Positions 56,789 through 64,000 of a DNA stretch of 64,000 nt are shown in pieces. Origin of the DNA: Lentisphaerae bacterium GWF2_44_16 (lineage in GTDB: Bacteria > Verrucomicrobiota > Lentisphaeria > Victivallales > GWF2-45-14). Position numbers and translations under genes: made by a program. The notes under the pieces are model-generated. The model searched no databases. It was given only the letters and a program-made list of their open reading frames with translations, and was not told the DNA's origin. Every line of letters starts with the position of its first letter. Positions within the stretch are counted from its first letter, which is position 1. The stretch is taken from positions 589 to 64,588 of the forward strand of contig MHBF01000168.1 of NCBI GenBank assembly GCA_001803225.1, written 5' to 3'.

Positions 56789-58762
56789 ATGATGCTCTCG
56801 TCTGATATTGAAAATATTATTTTGCGGGATTCTTCGGAACCGGGGAAATTCGCCGCCGCGGAACTACAGAAATATTTTAAAAAGATTACTGGCAGGAACT
56901 TGCCAGTCATCCGTTCCTCAGACTCCATACGCAAGGAACATTCATTTGTCCTGGAAACGGACGGGATGGAGGCTGAGGACGGATTTAGTATAAAATGTTC
57001 CGACAGAGGAATGAAAATCCAAATAACCGGAGCAAATCCGCGTTCGCTTGTATATGGCGTTTACTATTTCCTTAAAAAGGTTTTCGGGATAAGATGGACT
57101 TCCCCGGGACCCGACGGGGAAATCCTGAAAAAAACATCTCCGGTCAACATAAAAGATTTCCAGGTCAGGGAAAAGGCGATGCTCAAATACCGCGGTTTCT
57201 ATGTGGATTCCGCACAATGCAGCATCACCCCTGAAAACATCGGGGAAATCATAGACTGGATGGCAAAGAATTTCGGGAATTTTATCCTTGTTTCAAGAGT
57301 ATTCTATCCCAAAATCAAAAGGCCTTTGCTGGAAGCATTGAAACAGCGTGGAATGATTCTGGAAGTGGGGCATCACGGTTTTAATTGTTATGTCAATCCA
57401 AGTAAATATTTCAAAAAGCATCCTGAATGGTTTTCCCTGATAAAAGGACAGCGCACTCCCGGGACTTTCCACGCCAATATGGTACATAACAGCCAATTGT
57501 GCACCTCAAACAAGGAATGCGTAGATTTCTATTCAAGGGCATTTCTGGATTATTGGGAGGCGAATCCGGAAATAGATATTCTTGGGATAATCCCCAATGA
57601 CGGCTTCGGCTGGTGCGAGTGTCAGGATTGCATGAAACTTGAACCGAAAAAACTTACTTCGCCCCTACGTAATGAAAATCTCAATTCCCACAAGGACTGG
57701 AAGCTCGGCAGCGGACGCTATCATCATTTTGTGAAGGAAGTATCGGACAGAGTAAGCAGATGTTTTCAGGAAAAGAAAATAGATTTCTGGGCCTATGCGG
57801 GGGTTATCATGCCGAGTCCCATTGTTTCGGAATTCCCGGAAAACGTCATCCTTACAATCGCCCTTTACGAGCGCTGGTATAACTATTCCCTGAATGATCC
57901 GGCTGGCCGGAAAATAAAAGAAAACCTGAACCCGAAACTGGTTGACATCCTGAAAGACTGGAGAAAAAAATTTCCCGGCGAGATAAACATATACGAATAT
58001 TACCAGAAATACATTTGGAGGAGCATGCCCAAATGGATGCCTGAAATCATACGCAACGACATGCGATTCTTCAAAAAGGAAAATCTTCAGGGGGTTCTGT
58101 CCATGGTTGAAAAAGACAACTTCCTGCTTTACGAGATTAATCATCTTTCCCACATGGCAATGAGTTGGTCCGACGCATGGACCAGTGATTCACTGCTTGA
58201 TGATTATTCCGAAACTTCCTTCGGCTCCATGAAGAAAACAATAAAAAATGAAATCAAAAAAGTCATCTCAGCGATGGGGTCTTATGCAAAACTCGGTCCG
58301 CAATATCCCAGAGAACTCACTCCAAACGCGGAAAAGACTTTCAGAAAATTGGAGAAGGATTTCGGCAAAATAGCAAACACCGGAAAACATAAGATGCCGT
58401 TGAAATCCGCAGCAAAACTCGGCAAGTGGGCAAAAAACATGAAACTCACGCATGAACATTTTTCCCTTAACAAATTGTATTACGAGATGCTTGATGCCGT
58501 GAATGAAAAAAACGCATCCGAAGCATTAAAAATACTTGATAAATGGGAAATCGCCAAAAGGCAATTTTATAAAACATTCAATAGCCTTGACGGTACGGGA
58601 GTATGCCTGAGCAATGATTTATGGATATTCGTCTGGAGTAAAAATCTTTTGGAATATGAAGGGATTTTACGCAAGGAATTGGAACAGGCCACAAAAAATC
58701 CGAATGACGATTTCAGCAGTTCCCTGGCAGCGTTAGGGAAACTGCAGGACATCGCGTCATGA
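56789..58762 (+). CDS. DUF4838-type glycosidase-like protein, cytoplasmic (no signal peptide)
   Basis: No hydrophobic N-terminus (MMLSSDIENIILRDSSEPGKF). N-terminal domain AAELQKYFKKITG as in the 42088-44583 paralogue (ANELAYWLGKITD). Core IIPNDGFGWCECQDC. Confidence 0.6.
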   Translation: MMLSSDIENIILRDSSEPGKFAAAELQKYFKKITGRNLPVIRSSDSIRKEHSFVLETDGMEAEDGFSIKCSDRGMKIQITGANPRSLVYGVYYFLKKVFGIRWTSPGPDGEILKKTSPVNIKDFQVREKAMLKYRGFYVDSAQCSITPENIGEIIDWMAKNFGNFILVSRVFYPKIKRPLLEALKQRGMILEVGHHGFNCYVNPSKYFKKHPEWFSLIKGQRTPGTFHANMVHNSQLCTSNKECVDFYSRAFLDYWEANPEIDILGIIPNDGFGWCECQDCMKLEPKKLTSPLRNENLNSHKDWKLGSGRYHHFVKEVSDRVSRCFQEKKIDFWAYAGVIMPSPIVSEFPENVILTIALYERWYNYSLNDPAGRKIKENLNPKLVDILKDWRKKFPGEINIYEYYQKYIWRSMPKWMPEIIRNDMRFFKKENLQGVLSMVEKDNFLLYEINHLSHMAMSWSDAWTSDSLLDDYSETSFGSMKKTIKNEIKKVISAMGSYAKLGPQYPRELTPNAEKTFRKLEKDFGKIANTGKHKMPLKSAAKLGKWAKNMKLTHEHFSLNKLYYEMLDAVNEKNASEALKILDKWEIAKRQFYKTFNSLDGTGVCLSNDLWIFVWSKNLLEYEGILRKELEQATKNPNDDFSSSLAALGKLQDIAS

Positions 58763-58824
58763 CGATGCTGGCAAATATCTAATGGATTGCGATGCTAAAA
58801 TAAAAATATAAGGAGAATCACATT

Positions 58825-59769
58825 ATGAATTGGCATGAAATGGAAATGAGAGCGGTATATGGAGAAACCCTCATTGAATTGATGGATGAAAACCCGAATG
58901 TGCTCTGTGTTGAAGCCGATCTGAGCAAGGCATCGGGAACGAACCCTAAAGTCATCCAGAAGCACCCCGATAAATTCGTCAATTGCGGAGTGGCAGAGGC
59001 AAACATGATCAGCATCGGAGCCGGACTTGCAAAAGAAGGTAAAATACCTTTTTGTGCGAGTTTCAGCTGCTTTGCGTCAAGGAGAGTTTATGACCAGGCT
59101 ACCATTAGCGTGGCCTACGCGAACAACAATGTAAAAATAGTCGGCACTGCTCCGGGAATCACGCAGGGGCCCAACGGCGGAACCCATATGTGCTTTCAGG
59201 ATTTAGCCATAATGCGCATAATACCTAACATGCATGTTTACAGTCCATGTGATGTTTATGAGTTGAGGGCCATGATGAAATATATGGCATCCCATAAACA
59301 CCCGGTTTATATGCAGCTTATCAGGCCGAAAGTTGGAAAAATCTTTGATGACTCGTATGTTTTTAATCCCGAAAAAGCTGTTGTCCTCAGAGAGGGCACA
59401 GATCTTACTCTTGTTTCGACCGGCTACATGACACAGTTCACTCCGCAGGTTGCGGCGGAACTGGAAAAAAAAGGAATAAGCGTTGAACTGTTGCACTATC
59501 CCTCTGTAAAACCGCTTGATGAAAAAACACTTATTGCTTCTGCCCGTAAAACCGGAGCGGTCGTAACGGTGGAAAATCAGAATATTCTAGGTGGATTGGG
59601 CGGGGCAGTATGTGAAGTCCTAAGTGAAAAATATCCGGTAAAGATAAAAAGACTTGGCATCCCTGATCGCTTCGGGGAAGTCGCTACGGAAAAATATCTT
59701 TTTGACAAACATGGTTTCGGCCCGGAGCATATCGCTGAAGCATGCAGAAAAATGGCGCATAGCATATAA
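58825..59769 (+). CDS. Transketolase, C-terminal (pyrimidine-binding plus C-terminal domain) subunit
   Basis: FVNCGVAEANMISIGAGLAKEGKIPF, GPNGGTHMCFQDLAIMRIIPNMHVYSPCD, VTVENQNILGGLG. Confidence 0.9.
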   Translation: MNWHEMEMRAVYGETLIELMDENPNVLCVEADLSKASGTNPKVIQKHPDKFVNCGVAEANMISIGAGLAKEGKIPFCASFSCFASRRVYDQATISVAYANNNVKIVGTAPGITQGPNGGTHMCFQDLAIMRIIPNMHVYSPCDVYELRAMMKYMASHKHPVYMQLIRPKVGKIFDDSYVFNPEKAVVLREGTDLTLVSTGYMTQFTPQVAAELEKKGISVELLHYPSVKPLDEKTLIASARKTGAVVTVENQNILGGLGGAVCEVLSEKYPVKIKRLGIPDRFGEVATEKYLFDKHGFGPEHIAEACRKMAHSI

Positions 59770-59786
59770 AAAGGAGAATATCTTCG

Positions 59787-60284
59787 ATGAAAATAATTAT
59801 GGGATCGGTTGTGAGAGGCTTCACGCTGAAAAATGCGTTAAAGGCGTATCTTGAAAAACAGGGGCATGAAATTATTGATGTAGGCTGTCATCAGACTGAC
59901 AGGTTTGTAAAATTCACTTCCATCGCGGAGCGCATAGCAAAGGCGTTGCAGGAAGGCGCGGCGCCTCTCGCGATAAGCTGTTGCGGAAGCGGCACCGGAG
60001 CGAATATCTGCGCCAACAAGTTCAAGAATATTTCCGCGGTCTGCTGTGAATCGGAACTGGTCGCCCGCTTCGCGCGCCTTGTCAATGACTGTAATTGCCT
60101 CTGCCTCGGAGAGTCTGTCGTAACGCCGGAAATGGCGTGCAGGATTGCTGATATTTTCATTTCCACAAATTTTCAGGACGCCAAGGGCACCCCTCAGGAT
60201 ATATTGGATTTCTGGAAAGAGGCCAGGGATGAAGCCATGGGCAGAGGAATTAATGCGGAAACAAGAGAAATTGAAACTTTATAA
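59787..60284 (+). CDS. RpiB/LacA/LacB family sugar-phosphate isomerase-like protein, atypical active site
   Basis: MKIIMGSVVRGFTLKNALKAYLEKQGHEIIDVG and SCCGSGTGANICANK match the family fold and Cys motif. The canonical G-x-D-H-x-G reads GSVVRG, and HND reads VND. Confidence 0.7.
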   Translation: MKIIMGSVVRGFTLKNALKAYLEKQGHEIIDVGCHQTDRFVKFTSIAERIAKALQEGAAPLAISCCGSGTGANICANKFKNISAVCCESELVARFARLVNDCNCLCLGESVVTPEMACRIADIFISTNFQDAKGTPQDILDFWKEARDEAMGRGINAETREIETL

Positions 60285-60302
60285 TATTAATAAGACTGGA
60301 GA

Positions 60303-61355
60303 ATGGTCAGAATGAAAAAGATAAGGTATGGATTGATTGGCGCAGGACAGATGGCGGCGGGACATCTCGGATGTATTAAAGCCATCGGCGATATGGTTGA
60401 ACTGGTGGCTGTGGCAGAAAACTATCCGAAGAACCTTGAAAGTTTCAAGTCGGCAAATGACAATCCCAAAACAAAATATTTCACCGATTACAGGGAACTT
60501 CTGGAACTGGACGAAGTGGACGCGGTAATAATCGCCACCCCGGACAACACCCATGTTGATATCGTGCTTGACACAGTTGCCGCCGAAAAACATGTGCTCT
60601 CCGAAAAACCCGCGGCAACCAGCTTCAAGGATTTGGAAAGGCTGGAAAAGGCCGTCAAAAAATCGAAGAAGATTTATCAGGTCGGACTGGAATGCAGATA
60701 CCTGCCTGTCTTCCAAAGAATGAAAAGCATCATATCAAACGGCACAGTCGGTTCGCCAAGACTGCTATGGTGCAAGGAATTCAGGGGGCCGTTTGCGCAG
60801 AAGGTCAACAACTGGATAATGTTCAAGGATAAAAGCGGCGGTACATTTGTGGAAAAGACCTGCCATTACTTCGACCTGATGACATGGTTCGCGGATTCTG
60901 TCCCCAAAAAAGTCATTGCCCTTGCAGGGCAGGATGTAGTAAAAGATATTTATGGCGTAAAGCCTGATGTTTATGACAACGGATGGGTAACTATCGAATA
61001 TAAAAATGGGGCCCGCGCAAACCTCGGTCTCTGCATGTTCTGTGAATGTGAATATGACATCGAAATGGGCGTAATCGGAGAAAAAGCCGTGATGGAGGGA
61101 TTTTTCCAGAAACGCAAAATAGACATCCGCGAATACAAAACAAATTCACGGGTAACGCATGATATAAAATACGAAGACCGCATCGAAAAACTCAGCCACG
61201 GCGGCGGCGTTTATTTCGAGCATATCGCGTTTGTGGAAAACATAAGGAAAAACAAGCGTCCGCTTACCAACATTGAAGTTGCCAAGTGGAGCACCCTCGT
61301 AGGACTGGCCGCCGAAGAGTCCGCCGCGAATGGCGGCAAAGCTGTAACTTTCTGA
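60303..61355 (+). CDS. Gfo/Idh/MocA family oxidoreductase
   Basis: IRYGLIGAGQMAAGH, VIIATPDNTHVDIVLDTVAAEKHVLSEKP. ATG 60312 has the better SD spacing (GGAGA 9 nt upstream), so the start may be 9 nt downstream. Confidence 0.9.
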   Translation: MVRMKKIRYGLIGAGQMAAGHLGCIKAIGDMVELVAVAENYPKNLESFKSANDNPKTKYFTDYRELLELDEVDAVIIATPDNTHVDIVLDTVAAEKHVLSEKPAATSFKDLERLEKAVKKSKKIYQVGLECRYLPVFQRMKSIISNGTVGSPRLLWCKEFRGPFAQKVNNWIMFKDKSGGTFVEKTCHYFDLMTWFADSVPKKVIALAGQDVVKDIYGVKPDVYDNGWVTIEYKNGARANLGLCMFCECEYDIEMGVIGEKAVMEGFFQKRKIDIREYKTNSRVTHDIKYEDRIEKLSHGGGVYFEHIAFVENIRKNKRPLTNIEVAKWSTLVGLAAEESAANGGKAVTF

Positions 61356-61370
61356 TTCAGGAGAAAACAA

Positions 61371-62228
61371 ATGTACGCGACAGCAGATAGGGCGATGGAG
61401 ATAAGAAAACTTCAGAAATTATCTTCCCGTGAACTGATAAAAAAGGCGGGGAAGTGGATGGAAGTATTTAATACATGCGATGACATACACAGGCGCATCG
61501 CCGAAGATATGGCCGCTTTCATAAAATCGCAAAACAGAAAAGGTGAAAAGACCCGTTTCATCCTGCCGGTCGGCCCTGTCGGGCAGTATCCCTTTTTTCT
61601 GGAACTCGTCCGCAGAGATAAAATAAGTCTCAAAAACTGCTGGTTCTTTTATATGGATGAATATGCCGACAGTTCAGGGATTGCATTTCCGCCTTCTCAT
61701 CCGTTGAGCTTTCAGGGGGAAATGAAAAAACTGTGGATTGACAGGCAGGACAAGAAACTTGCTATCCCGCAGGAACAGATTTTTTTCCCTAACGAAAAAA
61801 ATGTTCACTTGCTGGCTGAAGGCATAAACAGGCTTGGTGGCATCGACATTTGTTTTGGAGGCGTAGGCATACATGGACATCTTGCGTTCAACGAACCGGA
61901 GCCGCGTGTCGAAAAAAGTGGCCCACGCCTTGTTTATCTGAATGACTATACAACCACAATAAATGCGATACGTTCGAAAGTGGGGGGTAACCTTGAAGGT
62001 TTTCCAAGAAAAGCCTATACTCTGGGCATGGACCAGATACTTGGAGCAAGGAAAATACGCCTGGCCTGCCGGAACGGCATAGCCCTCGACTGGGCAAATA
62101 CCGTTCTCCGCCTGGCCCTTCTGGGAGAAATCGGTGAGGATTATCCTTGCACACTGGTAAGGAAACACAAAGATTATATTATTTATACGGACAAAAATAC
62201 TGTTGCGCAACCTGAAATCATACTTTAA
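61371..62228 (+). CDS. NagB/6-phosphogluconolactonase superfamily protein (deaminase/isomerase-like), paralogue 2
   Basis: FYMDEYADSS, GGVGIHGHLAFNEPEP. Shares ILPVGPVGQY and SHPLSF with 48253-49107. Confidence 0.7.
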   Translation: MYATADRAMEIRKLQKLSSRELIKKAGKWMEVFNTCDDIHRRIAEDMAAFIKSQNRKGEKTRFILPVGPVGQYPFFLELVRRDKISLKNCWFFYMDEYADSSGIAFPPSHPLSFQGEMKKLWIDRQDKKLAIPQEQIFFPNEKNVHLLAEGINRLGGIDICFGGVGIHGHLAFNEPEPRVEKSGPRLVYLNDYTTTINAIRSKVGGNLEGFPRKAYTLGMDQILGARKIRLACRNGIALDWANTVLRLALLGEIGEDYPCTLVRKHKDYIIYTDKNTVAQPEIIL

Positions 62229-62241
62229 CGGAGGATTGGCG

Positions 62242-63096
62242 ATGTTTTCTTCTGACATTATGTGCTTCGAGATTAATTCCAGAAAGAACGTAAGAAAAAT
62301 AGACGTTCATCATCATCTGGCGGAAGAAGAAAATTATGTTGAAAATCTTCTCAAGGAAATGGACCGTCATGAAATTGAAAAATCCTCCCTCATAGGCTTG
62401 GGCCCGCTTTTCAAAGGGCTCTTTGTCAAAGGAAAACATGACGGCACATGCGCCGACAACACGGCTGTTGAAAAGGTTTTCAGGAAATATCCCGACCGCT
62501 TTTTCGGGCTGGGATTTGTCAGGCTTGGCGTGGACTCGCCGCCCCTGGTCGATGAACTTCATGAAAAGGGTTTTGCAGGATTGAAGTTCACTATCCCTAA
62601 AAAACGCTACGACGATGAAGGATACTTCCCCGTCTATCAGAAAGCCCAGGAATTAAAAATGCCCTGTCTATTCCACACCGGCATTGTAAAACTGCCATGC
62701 GCCTGCCCGGGGGAAAGGGTATCGTCCTTCAATATGGATTGCATCCATCTTGAAGCAATCGCTCAGGAGTTCCCGGAACTGAAAATCATCATAGCTCATC
62801 TCGGTGTTCAGAATTATCTGACGGCGCTCACGCTCGTGCGCCTCTTCCCAAATATTTATGCGGACCTTTCCGGCAGCACCCCTGGCTGGAGAGCAAATCT
62901 TACCATGGAAGAATGGAGAAAATATCTCTGGTTCCCGAATGCCAGCGAAAAACTCCTTTTCGGCACTGACGTCCATTTCTGCGAATTTTCCCGCAACATT
63001 GATATCTACGAAAAAATCATAGCCGCGGCAAACTGGAATAAAATACAAAGAGAAAACATCTTCTATAAAAACAGTTCTAAAATATTTTCCATTTAA
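62242..63096 (+). CDS. Metal-dependent amidohydrolase (Amidohydro_2-like TIM barrel)
   Basis: IDVHHHL (HxH metal site), LFHTG, IIIAHLG, FGTDV. Start set at ATG 62242 behind a GGAGGA SD. Confidence 0.7.
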   Translation: MFSSDIMCFEINSRKNVRKIDVHHHLAEEENYVENLLKEMDRHEIEKSSLIGLGPLFKGLFVKGKHDGTCADNTAVEKVFRKYPDRFFGLGFVRLGVDSPPLVDELHEKGFAGLKFTIPKKRYDDEGYFPVYQKAQELKMPCLFHTGIVKLPCACPGERVSSFNMDCIHLEAIAQEFPELKIIIAHLGVQNYLTALTLVRLFPNIYADLSGSTPGWRANLTMEEWRKYLWFPNASEKLLFGTDVHFCEFSRNIDIYEKIIAAANWNKIQRENIFYKNSSKIFSI

Positions 63097-63340
63097 ACGG
63101 GTAAAAATAATGGCTAAAGATCTCAAAGTCTAAAATCTGGAAAAACTTAAAAGAATAGGCATTCTGAAAAATTTTGCCAGGGACAATAGGGGTTTACGGG
63201 ATTACGGGGCATGAATAAACGTTTGCAAGGGAATTGAAGATTATATGCCGATATATTTATGTCAACTTGGATTGCCGCGTGAGGAAATAAAGGTTGAATA
63301 TCATAACGACAGGCTGCAATAATAAAGTCGGAAAATAAAA

Positions 63341-63766
63341 ATGAGTAAAAACATAACAGAGCAAATTTCGATGGCAGGGAAAAATCTTTCCCATGTTCGG
63401 CTTGTGGATGATTTGCCCATTAATCTCTTTCTCTTAGACGAGCCCTTAAGTAAGACGGGTTACGTATGTGAGCTTGCTGAAAACGGTCTTGATGCATTGA
63501 AAAAGCTGGACGATGGGAAATTCGACTTTGTCTTCATGAATTGCGAGATGAAAATCATGACCGGTTATACGACAATTCAGGAGACACGAAAATCCAGCAG
63601 ACATCCAGAACTGGAAATCATCTGCACGTCCGCTACAAGAAATGCACCCAGCAGAGTTAATCCGTGCCAGCGTTGCGAAACATGCAATGTTGGCGGTTTC
63701 TCCAGAAGCCTGTTACCCGGTAAGACGTTCCCTCTGCAGTATAAAATTGCAGATACACGTTTTTAG
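63341..63766 (+). CDS. Orphan degenerate response-regulator receiver (REC)-like domain, possibly a gene relic
   Basis: VRLVDDLPINLFLL...GYVCELAENGLDALKKLDDGKFDFVFMNCEMKIMTGY...EIICTSA follows the REC layout of hybrid-kinase receivers (LVDDNPIN...AENG.EAL...DLILMDCQMPVMDG...ALTA). The phospho-acceptor Asp reads Asn, and the C-terminal third does not resemble REC. Confidence 0.4.
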   Translation: MSKNITEQISMAGKNLSHVRLVDDLPINLFLLDEPLSKTGYVCELAENGLDALKKLDDGKFDFVFMNCEMKIMTGYTTIQETRKSSRHPELEIICTSATRNAPSRVNPCQRCETCNVGGFSRSLLPGKTFPLQYKIADTRF

Positions 63767-63934
63767 CCGTGCTTGACAAATAATGAATTATGAGGTGAAG
63801 AATATATAAATTAGCTGAGTAAAAAAGAAGATTGCAAATCGTTTCCGTTTAAAATAAAATGGAAGCGATATTTGCTATTGGGTCCGATCGGAAAGGAAGC
63901 CGTTTTTCATAAAAGCGGCAAGCCTTTAAGTGGC

Positions 63935-63989
63935 GACGCAAACATAAAATTTGGTGTTTTCACCATTTGTGTTTGCGTCTTTTTTTTTT
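63935..63989 (+). terminator. Rho-independent terminator
   Basis: Outer stem GACGCAAACA (63935-63944) / TGTTTGCGTC (63970-63979). Inner stem TGGTG (63952-63956) / CACCA (63961-63965). A run of ten T follows (63980-63989). Confidence 0.7.
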
Positions 63990-64000
63990 GCTGGAATCAT

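Noticed and set aside
1-64000. A search for CRISPR arrays, defence systems, toxin-antitoxin pairs, integrases, prophage genes or diversity-generating retroelements.
   Set aside because: I saw no spaced direct repeats. I also saw no nuclease, helicase, methyltransferase, reverse transcriptase or recombinase motifs in any ORF of the track. The window appears purely metabolic and regulatory.

Overview
This 64-kb window is almost entirely protein-coding. It has no rRNA, tRNA, CRISPR array, intact IS element or prophage genes that I can see. It reads as a mosaic of glycan and amino-sugar catabolic operons from a PVC-superphylum-type bacterium (Lentisphaerota, Kiritimatiellota or Verrucomicrobiota-like). 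That taxonomic guess is an inference from eight prepilin-type 'H-X9-DG' genes, many Gfo/Idh/MocA and TIM-barrel isomerase genes, and large secreted glycosidase-like proteins.

There are four main blocks:
(1) 1-11 kb: a BNR-repeat protein, pseudopilin-like genes, LacI and ROK regulators, and secreted glycosidase-like proteins.
(2) 11-31 kb: two divergent operons around an AraR-type (GntR-HTH plus sugar-binding) regulator. They mix oxidoreductase/TIM-barrel enzymes with glutamate-oriented peptidases (M19-like, C26, M20), an Asp/Glu racemase, four tandem pseudopilin-like genes, a threonine aldolase and a 1911-aa secreted glycosidase-like giant.
(3) 32-46.7 kb: a 10-gene minus-strand operon with two DegT-type aminotransferases, two Gfo/Idh/MocA-type proteins, a ceramidase-like amidase, pseudopilin-like genes and secreted glycosidase-like proteins. 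A LacI regulator lies upstream.
(4) 46.9-63.1 kb: a ROK regulator and a divergent, tightly packed 14-gene operon.

The best candidate for an undescribed system is block 4. It has no kinase and combines two NagB-like isomerase/deaminases, a class II aldolase, a split transketolase interrupted by a cytoplasmic DUF4838 gene, an atypical RpiB-like isomerase, a CoA-acylating aldehyde dehydrogenase, a SucCD-like ADP-forming ligase and DMT plus DASS anion transporters. This resembles the sulfoacetate-forming sulfoglycolytic transketolase pathway but has extra amino-sugar genes.

Other points worth a second look:
- None of the eight pseudopilin-like genes has the canonical Gly at -1.
- Several gene relics sit at module junctions: ROK, URO-D-like and ceramidase-like fragments, and a degenerate receiver domain.
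- An 88-nt GC-rich, strand-specific structured element lies in the AraR-type divergent intergenic region.

All family assignments come from motif recognition by eye. No database search was run.
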